Shown one piece after another: positions 1 to 17,496 of a DNA stretch of 64,000 bases. A program made the translations under genes and the position numbers. The number at the start of each line of letters is the position of its first letter. Position 1 is the stretch's first letter. The notes beneath the pieces were generated by a model, which ran no database searches, was not told the DNA's origin, and was given only the letters and a program-made list of their open reading frames with translations. The stretch is from the human T2T-CHM13v2.0 reference genome, Homo sapiens. The stretch lies in assembly GCF_009914755.1 (NCBI RefSeq), contig NC_060935.1, one strand, 5' to 3'.

Positions 1-2404
1 AATTTATTCGATATCTTGTCTGTATATCCCCCATCATAGCTCTTCTTATACCTAATTGCTGTTGTACGTTCCATGTCTCTCTCTCTCCCACTGGATTATG
101 TGCTTCTTAAGGGAAAAACATTAATCTTATTTATCTATTTTTTTTCCAAAATCTCATAAAGTAGGTATAATATGCTTATTTACATTTTTAGATAGAACAA
201 CTCCTTGGGACCAAGTTTAAATCCTGGCACAAAGATAGCTACATCTTGAGTCTATAAGGGAACCAAGTCGTACCCCTTACAAGTGGCAAAATCAGGTACG
301 TTATATATATGTGCACAATTTAAGCAGTTGGATCTACTTTGCTTTAAAACCTGACACTCTACTGGTATACTACTTTGCTTCTAACTGAACAGCTACTGCC
401 GTTCTATTCTAATGGGGGCCATTTAACAAAAAATGCAGAGACTGTCATAGAAGTCTGTGATTGCCTGTGGCATTTGCCTATCTCACCCTTGACTAGGCCT
501 CTACTCAAGCTGTTCACTGTGATGCAGGATCTACTGGCAGCCCTTGAGCCTGGTTGCTTAGTATATTAAGCAATATACTAATGATTATATATGGCATTAT
601 CTATACTTTATTTCTGGCATAAAAACTTTTGCTTTTTGATTTTTAATAGAAACCAGACATCACGTCATTGATGTGTCATCAAAAGCAGTGCCAGACTTCC
701 TGTTCTCCCTGGGAAGGATTCAATGGCTAGTGAAAAATACATAGAGGAGGTCACCCTGGGGATTCAGCCCAAATATACACACGCCAAAAAAATGCCAAAT
801 CCAGGGCCTCAAGATATGAATTCAGTTTTGCACAGATGCAACGGGGCAGCTTCTGAACTGAACTGCCAGCAAGCCTCGGATTTTCATTCTTTGGTCAAAT
901 AGGGATGTTCCAACATTATTTCAATGTCTGTGCCATAAGCAAGATTCACAGAGGTGAAATACGTGTATATTTACCCACATATATAGATATGGCACCTTCA
1001 AAGAACAAATATATAAATGGTTCAATCTTCCAGAATAAATTAAAATTGTATAATTATAGAGGTAACAGATGTGTCCTGACATACTGGTGGAGTACATAAA
1101 TAGTAGAAGACTGTGTGTGCATTAGAGTCTGAGGAAAAATAACTTTATGAAATTCTGGTACAAATCATGTGTACAATTTCTCCTTTTTGTAATATCATAA
1201 AATATTAATATTACTGACTATTGTTAATCAAGTTGTACCAAAGGGAGCTACACATTTTTAAGGAGGTTATCTCCAAGTTTGCACTCAGGAAAAAATATAT
1301 AACATTTGCAAACTGCATAACTTAAATGGCCTTGCATACTCACTCTATCAAATGCATTTGGGAAGAGGTTCATTCCTTTGTTAGGGTCTAACATAATTGC
1401 CTATGGGATGTCCATTGTAAGCTAGCCTTGAGGAGCCACAAACCCCATACTTCAAAATATTATAAAGAGGCTGGTGCTATGAAGGAGGTCAGAAGCCTGC
1501 AGAAACTCCAGTATAAAGCTCAGAAAAAATGTCTGTGTTTGTTCATCCTCAGGGCATTCCTACTCCAGGACAAGGGGCACTTGGAGAGAGTAAAGTCTCC
1601 CACCTTCCAAAGGCTACAGGTAATAAGGATAGTATCTAATAATGTTTGATTGTTGTATTTATTTGGGCAATAATGAGGGTGTGAAACCCTTTGGTTAATT
1701 TTTATGATCTGAATTTTTACTGTCATTGCAAATAAAATAATCAAAGTTCTATCTAACACAGAAAAGAAGTCACCCAGATTGGGGACAGATTCTAAAAAAG
1801 GATGAGATGAAGATACTTTCAGGTAAAAAGGAAGAGCATTTGAACAGGCAGAAAGCAGTAGTAATACTAATAATAATAATGTGCATTTACTATGTGATTA
1901 TGCTAAGTACCATGCTTAATAATTTATATGCATTCCCTCAAGGTATGTCCCAAAAATCTTTAAGTTAGATGTTCCATCAACATTTTGCAAATGATGCAAT
2001 GAATTGCAAACTCTCAAGGAAGCAATACAGCATACTTGAGGAGCTAGAAGTAGTCTCTTAGTTCTGGAGTACAAGCGCCTCTGAGAAAGCAAGAAAAGTA
2101 GACTTATATTATGTTTTGTATTCAAGTCTAATATTAATAATACAACTAGCATGAACAGTTATGGGACAGAAAAGCTTCTCAATGTTTTTTTCTCCCCCAT
2201 TTAATACTAAGATGCTTCTCAAGGCAGGACTATTTTGAAGGACTATACAGCTACCTATTGGATTTCCTTTGTTCTTTTAGTTCTCTAGACTTTAATCCAG
2301 GTTGCAGTTCTCTGAAATTAAACAGTAAATGGAAAAAATATGAAAGACCCAGGGACTTTTTCACCATCTAGGTATATAAAATTCTATAATGTCAGTTATT
2401 AAGA

Positions 2405-2747
2405 TGACTTAGTTCTTTTGGGCTGCTATAACAAAATATCAGAAACTGAGTAGATATAAACAGCAGTCATTTATTTCTCACAGTCTGGAAGGCTGGAAGT
2501 CTGAGCTCAAAATGCCTGCACATTTGTTGTTTGTTGAGGGCCTGCTCACTTTCTGATTCATAAATGGCCCCTCATATGATAGTTCTTCACATGGTGGAAG
2601 AGACAAGGCAGCTCTCTGGGGCCTCTTTTATGAAGGCTTTGCCCTAATGATCTGATCACCTCCCAACATCCTCACCTCCTAAAATGATCACACTGGTGAT
2701 TAAGTTACTTATGAAGTTTAGGGAGACACAAACATCAGACCATAGCA
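2405..2747 (-). mobile_element. MaLR solo LTR (MLT1A-like)
   Basis: cttagttc...gctgctataacaaaat...ggctggaagtc...gaccatagca. Confidence 0.7.
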
Positions 2748-3169
2748 TAGGGTTTGCCACGGTACCTATATAGATCCCTCATGATGGAACTAGGCCTGTA
2801 TATAAAGGGTTGAGGGACTGGGTCAGTCTAGGACCTCCTCTGATGCTTAACCTGCCAGTGCCTTCATCTTGGACTTCTTAGCCTCCAGAACTGTAAGAAA
2901 TAAATTTCCATTGTTTACAAATTACCCAGTCTTGGGTATTTTCTTATAGTAGCCCTAACAGATAAGGACAAATGTCAAGCTGCCTTGTAAACTTTCTGTG
3001 CTGCCAAAAATTAAAACAAAACTTAAGATGTCTCTTCCCTTACAAATTTGCAATGAATAGATTTCTGAGTTTAAACCAGAGTTCCAGAAGATTTTATTAC
3101 CTTCAATGTAAGTGCAAAGGAGATGTTTATATTTCAAAATATATGTAACTTTATTATTAAAGAGAGTCC

Positions 3170-3680
3170 ACCTCACCTTCAATTTAAAGTAATTAATCTG
3201 CAACGTAATGACATGCTAAAAAGCAACTATCAAGAGAAGAATCTAACAGAATTCCATAAATGATCAACTGACATGTATTAATATCAATATTTGGCAGTAT
3301 CTTTGTGGGGAAAAATGTTTTAAAGATGAAATGTGTTTTACATATAATATTACAGGTAAGCATTAACAGAAGCAAATTTGCAGTTGATTTTGTAAAGTGA
3401 GAACACCACCTTTGAACTTCAATTAAGAAAAATATTATCCTCCCAAAAAAAATTCAGTTTTCTCATTAGTGGATCTGTATCACAAATAACATATTATTAT
3501 ATATAATGTGACTTATATTATTACGTATAACATTATATTATTATTACATTTAGGGAAATTTGGCTTCTTTCTTATTATAAGTATCTATGAAATTCCCATT
3601 TTTGCCTCTTGACTGTTTGCCACAACAAAGTCTAAAATATTTACTATCTGTTCCTTTACAGAAAAAGTTTACCAATCCCA
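3170..3680. mobile_element. hAT-Charlie / MER58-like fragments
   Basis: End motif ctaaaatatttactatctg..ctttacagaaaaagttt. Confidence 0.5.
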
Positions 3681-5455
3681 GGTCAAGATAAACTATGCTG
3701 CGCTAAAATGAACCCTGAAATGTCAATGGTTTAATACAAGAGGGGTTTATTTACTGCTCATGGCTCAGCCTAACGTGGCTCCTGCAATTCTTCATGCCCT
3801 CCTCCAGTGGTGACACAGGGATCCAGGCATCTTTCATCTTGCAATTCTGTCATTTTGGAGTTCTTTATTTTCACACTTTTATTTGAAAGGGAGAGAATAA
3901 GAAAAATTCACAACTGTGTATCTAGGTTGGAATGGAAGTGATGTATCACTTGTGATCATATTTGGGAGTCACAAGAATAGGATAATATTTAATGACATGG
4001 TAATGAATGAGATCATATACAAAGAAAATAGAATGAGAAGAGGAAAATCACTCAAGGAACATACGCCAACACACCTTGATATATAGCTGCCCAGTCAGAA
4101 AGAGGAAAATAAATGTAGAAGGCTTTTGAGAATGACAGCCAGAAGAGAAGGAAAACCAGGAGACTTTGATATCACAAAAGCCCAACAAAGTCTCAAAATG
4201 AAAAGAGAGAGTTATAGTCTGTGATATCAATTACTAAGTATTAAGTGTGACTAAGACAATTCAAAATTCCCTTGAACTGAATTTTTCACACCTGTATAAT
4301 AATATATTGATAATATCTACTTCAAAAGATCCAATATGAAGATGAAAGGCAACTATGTATTTGAAAGTACTATAATTCCTACAGGAATTATGATAATAAG
4401 TATCATTGCAGTCACATGACAGAGGCACCTCTACTCTGTGCCAAACTTCCCTGAAGAGTTAGAATTCTCCCGTAACCTACCTTAACCATTGCCTCCAACT
4501 TAACATATCAGATTTTACCAAACTAGTTTGGGTGTGGAAAATCAGTCTAATTGAAATTCAGTGATTCCCAGCCTGAAGCATTTCAGAGGCAGACCTAACC
4601 GAGTATATGAATCTCTCTTTCAGTAGAATGGGAGTGGTGTGTTAAATCCTTACAATTTTTCTGGGACAAAGAACCAACTCAAGCTGGCAGCTACTGAGCC
4701 ACCACAAGGCCATAGGCAAACACAGTAAGCTATAGATTGAAATTCTAGTAAACAGTGCCTCAAACTGCAGGAAATCATAAAAGCAGCTGAATGAAAGCTG
4801 TGTCTGATGCTCTCTGGACATTAGGCATGACCAACAGTGAAGGTAAAAATAAACAAATATAAAAATATGTCTCTACTTAACTCTAACCTTTCACTTCACA
4901 AATTTTTATTCAAAGACATTTGCAAAAGTACAGAGGTTGGTTATGTTTTTCTTTTTTACTTCTTTTTTATAATACATTGAAATTATCCAATTGAAACCAT
5001 ATGTTGGCTCAATTATTCTCAATTGCAAAATGCTCACCATTTCAAGAGCCAATAAAAAGGGGAGGGACTAATGTAGCAAGATAAATACTCTTGGACAGAT
5101 GGAACCCTGTGTTTCCAATCTATTGGAAAGGAGGAAAAGCCGCCTCTTTGATTAATTATGTACAGAGCAGAAATGCAATGCCTCTGAAGTAATAATGCAC
5201 TGATATATTGGAAAACACATATAATTTGGAGAGAAACAAACCTAGATTCAAGACCAGCTTTTCTACATTTTCACTCTGTGTTCTTTTAAAGCATTTGTAA
5301 TCTCACTGAGGCTCAGTTTCATTTCCTGTAACATGAAGCTAATAATGCCTACCTTGCATAACTGTCATGTAGAACAAATAAGCTTAAGAAGATAAAGAAT
5401 ACATATGTCTGTCATATAGTTGGGCCTTGACAATAAATAAAATGGATGACAACTT

Positions 5456-5808
5456 AATGTGGTTTGGTCGTGTCCCCATCCAAATCTCATCTTGAATTGT
5501 AGTTCTCACAATCCCCATGTATTGTGGGAAGGACCTGGTGGGAGGTAATTGAATAATGGAGAAAGTTACCTCCATGCTGTTCTCATGATACCTAGTGAGT
5601 GCTCACAAAATCTGATGGCTTCATAAGGGGCATATCCGCCTTTGCTCAGCTCTTCCCCTTCCTGCTGCCATTTGAAGAAGGACGTGTTTGCTTCCCCTTC
5701 CACCATGATTGTTAAGTTTCCCGAGGCCTCCCCAGCCCTGCAAAACTGTGAGTCAATTAAGCCTCATTCCCTTACAAATTACCCAGTCTCTGGTATTTCT
5801 TCATAGCA
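5456..5808 (+). mobile_element. THE1 solo LTR (3' end truncated)
   Basis: ggtttggtcgtgtccccatccaaatctcatcttgaattgta...gagtcaattaag...attacccagtctc. Confidence 0.85.
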
Positions 5809-6301
5809 TTTCCACATTAAGGAACCAGAGAACAAAAGAAGTTAAATAACTTGGCTGAGGTCTTGTAAATATAAAGCCAGGTTTTAAAAACATATGGGAG
5901 TCTATAGTTTGTACAACTTTCTGCCTCTGGTTTACTGAAAAATACAATATCCATGAGAAATCAGGCATCATACTTTTACCAAAATAATATTACTGAAAGG
6001 AAAAATTGGAAATTGAAGAACATGAAAAACACTTTTTAATTTTTATCCCTATTTGAATACAACTTTAGAGTTCACAAAAGGTGGTTATATGCATTGTCTC
6101 ACTTCATCTTTAAGACTCAAGCATTCCATTATTTTAATTTCCAGTTTAAATCAATGCTTAGAATAATGCCTGACACATAACAGGTGTTCAGTAAATCCTT
6201 GCTGAGGTAATGAACATAAGTACAAATGAATGAATTTATTGCCTAGAGCCCTTAGAGCCCTTGCTGAGAAAGATGCACAGCTAAGATAGAAAGCATGTTG
6301 T

Positions 6302-6649
<348 letters not shown>

Positions 6650-9511
6650 TCACATAATTGCCTTACTTGCACTAAGACATAAGCCCTGGAGGGTAAAATT
6701 GATTTAGCCTTAAATCTCATAGCTTCATACTGTAGACAATATATGGGAGAAAATGCAGTAATAAAATGTGAAAACAGTGTAAATTCATTGGCTTCTGGGA
6801 GTCTGATTTTAAAATAAAGACACAAGAGAAGATCTGAGATTAAAATATGCAAGCACTGGCTTGCATAAAAATTAGACGTGATGGTAACTTACTCATAGTC
6901 TCAACCTCAATATTTCAGTGAGAGGAGGTAGAAGATTGAAGGCTGATGCACAAAGAACTTAGAAAAACTGTGAGTCAGAATGGCTGTTCTTAAAAGTGCA
7001 AGCAAAGCCCAGTTCAAGATAGTGTCATGGTTAAGGGTGTGGCCTCTTCAATCCCTGTGGCAGGCAAATCCCTATCTGGAGATGAATGTCTCAGCTTAAT
7101 TAATGTTGGTACGGTTACATATTTAAAATATTTTTACTTAAATCATTTTGCATCTAGGGTGTGCTAACTAAAGTAACTGAGTATGAAGACTTCTCAGAGT
7201 AAATACATGAATAATCTGACATTCATATATACAGCCTTATATAAAGACAAGGAAGAATAAATTCTACATTTTGCTCATGATAATTCAAGATACAGCCAGT
7301 CTTTCCATTTGGTCCCTTTGTTTTCACCATGGCAGGCCCCAGTGCCATTCAGACTCTAAATTTGGGGGGATCTACTGTGAAGGGTTCTATGATCAGTCAC
7401 AGCCTCAGCATCCCTGGGTTCAAATTTTCAAGGGAGAGCAATTCGTAGGCCAGGTGTTTGTTCTTGGCTCATTCCTCTTTTGCCAGTGGGGCAGTGGACA
7501 GGACAGGTTAAACTAAAAGGAAAAGTTGACTGAAATGTCCAGCATGAATATGTCATAGCAAGAAGAAGACAATACAATCTCACGTCTTTAGAGGGTAGCA
7601 CCAATACAAACAAATACATGAAGACAGGATATAAATCTCAGCGCAGAATAAACAAATGATTTCCAATAACTGAGTAAACTGCTTTTTTCTCCATCACTGG
7701 AGGAGTTCAAACAGACCTCAGTGACCACTTGCTAGTGATGTGATTGAGAATATGCCTGTATTGCTAAGAGTTAGATTAGACAATATCTAAGAAACCTCCT
7801 TGCCAATAGACTCCATGATTTGTTGACTCTATAGCAAAACATAAGAAAAATCAAGTTGATTAGTATTATATCACATATAAAATCCAGGTATTTCACTATG
7901 CTTTTCATAGGGAAGCAAGTCACGCCATGCCTCACAATGTATCTTCCAATACAACCTGTGCTGTGCATATCCAGAATAGATACTATATACGAGATTCCCC
8001 AGAAAGAAAAAGCAGACAAATGATAACAGAGCATTAATTTGCAGTCACATCCCTGGGCTCTATCAATGGATGGTGACTTGGCTGGGAGAAAACGAAGAGT
8101 ACTATCATATGTGATTCTCAATACAAAGACGTGCATTGAAAAGCAGCTGATGCTTCACTTATTTGACACTGACTCAAAGAAGTGAAAGAGGTGGCAGAAC
8201 CCTTAGATCTTTAACAAACATCAGCTTCTTGTATCATATCTGGGCCTGGCCTCCCAGAAATGGATGTTGTGTGGTTGGATAGGGATGTAAGTATGAATAA
8301 CCGTACGGATAACATTGTTGGACACCAGGGGTATTAGAACTTTCTGGACTTTTCCATGCATTCTTATGAAAATAAGTTCCCATTACAAGTTTTTCTGAAA
8401 AAAAATATGTTTTTCTAAAACATTATTTTGGTGTATTATGACATTTCAAAAACAGAACAGATTAAAGCAACTTTTATTCATTCTACAAATGTATATTGAA
8501 CATCTATTCTCAATCACACAATGAAGTTTCCTTAGAGAGAAAACAGAAAATTTAGAGCAAAGATAATGTCAGAGTGGTTATGGAGATCCACACTAATTTT
8601 GAGAAGCCTTAGATTCCTTCATTCTTAGGGAAAGGTCTTAGGGAAAGGTTAACACAGTGGTAAAGAGCTTGGGTGCTTATATTAGGCACAGTTGCATTAA
8701 ATTCACAGCTCCTCACTTTACCGGTTGTATGACCTTAGGCAAGTGCATTTACCTCTATGAGCCTCAATTACTTCATCTGCAAAATAGGAATTAAAAAAAT
8801 GATAATTCTGATTTCCTATGACTGTCACAAGAATTAAATAAAGTATGAAAAGCACTTGCCCAATGCAAAATGTTCAATGTTGCATTTCTTTGGCTCTAAG
8901 ACACGCCTTTTATGACACTTTAATATTTCTCTAATTAGGATGTGTTTTATAATAATGACAACTTATACTCATTGTTGACCATGTACCAATTGTTAGATGT
9001 TATTTTCTATGCTTGTGGATGGTTATATTATTTTCATTTAAATTGGTATATGTACATAGTTGTTTCTATATCTGCTACATTTTAAGTGTCTTAAAGAAGG
9101 TTACACTATGATTCCACATTAAAATAAAAATTACTGTATATTCTAGAGGTCACAGAGAAAGAGTACTGAAACATTTAATTTTAGGCACACAAATATCATT
9201 GTTGCAAAAATCACCAAAATTCCATATTTTCTGGCAAAGCAACAATCAAGTGCTTAACAGGATCTAAGAAAGAAAGGTACCCACAAATAAATGATGCTGT
9301 TATCTTTTGTAACCTAAATAGCTACTAAAATTACCTATTACACACCTAGCTTTGGAATTAAAGAGAGCAGTAACTAGTAAAGCAGTAAAGCAATGAGAGG
9401 CTAATGTGACCAATTCATATTTTGCAGAGAACAACTGATAAAGTATTAAACAGAAATTTGTGAAAAATCTACATCTGACTTTGAGCTTAAATTCCAAAGA
9501 TATAAGATCAA

Positions 9512-9730
9512 TGAAGAAAAAAAGAAAAAGAAACAAAGGAAGAAAGAAAGGGAGGGAGGGAGGGAGGAAGAGAAGGAGAGAGAAAGAGAGAGAGAGAAAA
9601 AAGAGAGGAAGGGAGAAAAAGAGGAAGGAAAAAGAGAGAGAGGGAGAAAAAAGAGAGGAAGGGAGGAAGAGAGGAAGAAAGGAAGGAAAGGAGGAAAGGA
9701 GGGCAGGAGGGAGAGAGGGAGGAAGGGAAA
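9512..9730 (+). repeat. GA-rich polypurine low-complexity tract
   Basis: ~220 nt almost entirely A/G (GGAA, GGGA, GAGA units). Confidence 0.95.
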
Positions 9731-11615
9731 GTACCATCATTAAAACTAGTAGAATAGGTATAATTGGCTTAGAAGAAAATCCTAGAGACAATAATGGAAC
9801 ATTGTGTTATGAATTTTTACCATTTGTGGGTATTAATGATGAGTTCAGAAGTGATTTAGAAGTGGTAGCCTATGAATGGAAAATTCTAGGAAGTGTACAA
9901 CAAAATTAATTTATTTTATGTTTTTCTTTCAATACCTTCCCCCAAAATGATAAATGATAAAAGCCTGAATTTAAATCTAAAAGATTTTTAAAATAAGAAT
10001 AAAATAAAGATTTGAGTAAGATAATATTCTGTTCTAATCTAATAACCTTTTTGTTGTTATGGCCAACAAAATAATGGTGCATCTCAAAATTGATAAGGTC
10101 TTAGAACGGATAAAATATCTAAGTGTTAGCTATTGCAATATAGCTGTATCTCCATAGTATTAGCAAGATTTCTCTCACAAAATATTTATTGAAGAAAAAC
10201 AGAGTCACTTTTCACTTTCAAAGTTGCACTATAGCTGCTGGAGTCCAATTTACAGTAGGTACAACAATAGCCAAGCTATTAGACCAAAAAAAATTAGCCA
10301 TTTACCTACTTTCTTCATCTCAAGTACAGTTGTATAATTTCCTGGAAATTTTCTCCTGGGTAGCTTTTGGTAACACTTTTGCAAGTTTCAGACAAATGGA
10401 GTTAACACGTCAGCTAACCCTTATGATTGACTCAATCTGTCTGTTTAGTCCAAGAAGTGATTCAATGAATTTTTTCTTCAGTGATCTTCCAGCCAGGGCT
10501 GTAAGAACCCAACCTTATTAATAGTCTGCAAACAAGAAAGATACTGGAGACAGTTCTGAAGGTCATAACCAAGACAGCCCTTGAGAAATGTTGCCTGTCA
10601 TCTAAATTTGTCTTGAGTGTTACCCTCCTTCCCCATCAGTAACTCATTGTAGGCTTGAGTTACACATGTGCATGTATACACATGCATACACACAATGCAA
10701 GCATACATACACAGTACTTTCTAGGCTTTCAGCTGGCTGTCAAATACCAGAATACAGAAAGTTAAACACAAGCAATATTCTAGGAGAAAATATTTGCAAT
10801 TCTAGTGGGATGATAACCTGAAAGGCGATGTTTTTGTCCCCTGCAATCTATTTGTGAAAGGATACAATGGAAGAAATAAAAATAAAAATAATGTAATTTA
10901 TGACTTTAAAGCTCCCAGAAACTCAGATCCTGGCATTAACAACAGGTTTGCAGAAATATTTAGCTAGCCGGCATTTCCTAATACAGCGAGAACACATAGA
11001 ACTTCTATGAGCTACAAGAAACAGGAAGAAAACGTTTGAAATAAAACAGCTGGGCAGAATGTGGTAAGCCTATATCTTTTTTGCTCCAAGTCCTGGAGTG
11101 GGAGTAGGAGAAAGTAATAGAACTCCTAATACAAACTCAAATTCAAAAGTAGAAAATCCATAGGCCTTTTTTCCTGGGTGAAGCTCTGCAAAATGATAGG
11201 CAACTAAAAGAAATGTCCCACACTTCCAAGATCTAGCAGTAGCAGATAGGGCACAGGGACCTGTTGCGTCTGAAGGTGTTGGAGGTCAGCGAGACTCTCA
11301 GAATTTTTTATGTTACCATACCATATGAAGAAAGAGTAAAGATTACTACATAAATTATCAATCGTTTGCTGGCTGTAACTTCTGGTGTCCTCATCATATC
11401 TGGTTTCTGCTCTAGTGGCATCCTTTTGCTGGATTTATCATGTGGTATATTTTGAATTGAGCAACTTACACCATCATGCCAGGAGTGATCTTACTGAATC
11501 AGAGCCACTACCATCTCATTGCCTGGCTGCCTCTTTCATGGCTTATTTTGAACGTATAAGAAAGTGAAAGTTGCGGCACTACTCACAATAGCAAAGACTT
11601 GTGATGCACAGGAGC

Positions 11616-11625
11616 CAAGATGGCC
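11616..11625 (+). promoter_or_regulatory. YY1 site of the L1 5' UTR promoter (intact)
   Basis: CAAGATGGCC at the canonical position near the L1 5' end. Confidence 0.8.
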
Positions 11626-11747
11626 GAATAGGAACAGCTCCAGTCTACAGCTCCCAGCGTGAGCGACGCAGAAGACGGGTGATTTCTGCATTTCCATCTG
11701 AGGTACCGGGTTCATCTCACTACGGAGTGCCAGACAGTGGGCGCAGG

Positions 11748-12056
11748 TCAGCGGGTGCGCGCACCGTGCGCGAGCCGAAGCAGGGCGAGGCATTGCCTCA
11801 CTTGGGAAGCGCAAGGGGTCAGGGAGTTCCCTTTCTGAGTCAAAGAAAGGGGTGACGGGCGGCACCTGGAAAATCGGGTCACTCCCACCCGAACACTGCG
11901 CTTTTCTGACGGGCTTAAAAAGCGGCGCACCACGAGATTATATCCTGCACCTGGCTCGGAGGGTCCTACGCCCACGGAGTCTCGCTGATTGCTAGCACAG
12001 CAGTCTGAGATCAAACTGCAAGGCGGCAGCGAGGCTGGGGGAGGGGCGCCCGCCAT
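11748..12056 (-). CDS. L1 antisense ORF0, extended 102-aa form
   Basis: MAGAPPPASLPPCSLISDCCASNQRDSVGVGPSEPG... is the recognisable ORF0 N-terminus; ATG at 12056. Confidence 0.75.
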   Translation of the reverse strand: MAGAPPPASLPPCSLISDCCASNQRDSVGVGPSEPGAGYNLVVRRFLSPSEKRSVRVGVTRFSRCRPSPLSLTQKGNSLTPCASQVRQCLALLRLAHGARTR

Positions 12057-12511
12057 TGCCCAGGCTTGATTAGGTAAACAAAGCAGCGGGGAAGCTCGAA
12101 CTGGGTGGAGCCCACCACAGCTCAAGGAGGCCTGCCTGCCTCTGTAGGCTCCACCTCTGGGGGCAGGGCACAGCCAAACAAAAAGACAGCAGTAACCTCT
12201 GCAGACTTAAATGTCCCTGTCTGACAGCTTTAAAGAGAGCAGTGGTTCTCCCAGCACGCAGCTGGAGATCTGAGAACGGGCAGACTGCCTCCTCAAGTGG
12301 GTCCCTGACCCCTGACCCCCAAGCAGCCTAACTGGGAGGCACCCCCCAGCAGGTGCACACTGACACCTCACACGGCAGGGTACTCCAACAGACCTGCAGC
12401 TGAGAGTCCTCTCTGTTAGAAGGAAAACTAACAAACAGAAAGGACATCCACACCAAAAACCCATCAGTACATCACCATCATCAAAGACCAAAAGTAGATA
12501 AAACCACAAAG

Positions 12512-13528
12512 ATGGGGAAAAAACAGAACAGAAAAACTGGAAACTCTAAAAAGCAGAGCGCCTCTCCTCCTCCAAAGGAACGCAGTTCCTCACCAGCAAC
12601 GGAACAAAGCTGGATGGAGAATGACTTTGACGAGCTGAGAGAAGATGGCTTCAGACGATCAAATTACTCTGAGCTACGGGAGGACATTCAAACCAAAGGC
12701 AAAGAAGTTGAAAACTTTGAAATAAATTTGGAAGAATGTATAACTAGAATAACCAATACAGAGAAGTGCTTAAAGGAGCTGATGGAGCTGAAAACCAAGG
12801 CTCGAGAACTACGTGAAGAATGCAGAAGCCTCAGGAGCCAATGCGATCAACTGGAAGTAAGGGTATCAGCAATGGAAGATGAAATGAATGAAATGAAGCG
12901 AGAAGGGAAGTTTAGAGAAAAAAGAATAAAAAGAAATGAGCAAAGCCTCCAAGAAATATGGGACTATGTGAAAAGACCAAATCTACATCTGATTGGTGTC
13001 ACTGAAAGTGATGGGGAGAATGGAACCAAGTTGGAAAACACTCTGCAGGATATTATCCAGGAGAACTTCCCCAACCTAGCAAGGCAGGCCAACGTTCAGA
13101 TTCAGGAAATACAGAGAACGCCACAAAGATACTCCTCGAGAAGAGCAACTCCAAGACACATAATTGTCAGATTCACCAAAGTTGAAATGAAGGAAAAAAT
13201 GTTAAGGGTAGCCAGAGAGAAAGGTTGGGTTACCCTCAAAGGGAAGCCCATCAGACTAACAGCGGATCTCTCGGCAGAAACCCTACAAGCCAGAAGAGAG
13301 TGGGGGCCAATATTCAACATTCTTAAAGAAAAGAATTTTCAACCCAGAATTTCATATCCAGCCAAACTAAGCTTCAAAAGTGAAGGAGAAATAAAATACT
13401 TTACAGACAAGCAAATGCTGAGAGATTTTGTCACCACCAGGCCTGCCTTACAAGAGCTCCTGAAGGAAGCACTAAACATGGAAAGGAACAACCGGTACCA
13501 GCCGCTGCAAAATCATGCCAAAATGTAA
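12512..13528 (+). CDS. L1 ORF1p (RNA-binding chaperone), intact 338 aa
   Basis: MGKKQNRKTGNSK...NHAKM, full length; REKG, ARR and YPAKLS motifs retained. Confidence 0.95.
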   Translation: MGKKQNRKTGNSKKQSASPPPKERSSSPATEQSWMENDFDELREDGFRRSNYSELREDIQTKGKEVENFEINLEECITRITNTEKCLKELMELKTKARELREECRSLRSQCDQLEVRVSAMEDEMNEMKREGKFREKRIKRNEQSLQEIWDYVKRPNLHLIGVTESDGENGTKLENTLQDIIQENFPNLARQANVQIQEIQRTPQRYSSRRATPRHIIVRFTKVEMKEKMLRVAREKGWVTLKGKPIRLTADLSAETLQARREWGPIFNILKEKNFQPRISYPAKLSFKSEGEIKYFTDKQMLRDFVTTRPALQELLKEALNMERNNRYQPLQNHAKM

Positions 13529-13576
13529 AGACCATCAAGACTAGGAAGAAACTGCATCAACTAACGAGCAAAATAA

Positions 13577-17496
<3,920 letters not shown>

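Noticed and set aside
9300-9909. 163-aa and 149-aa ORFs
   Set aside because: Artefacts of the stop-free GA-rich tract (K/R/E/G or F/L/S/P runs).
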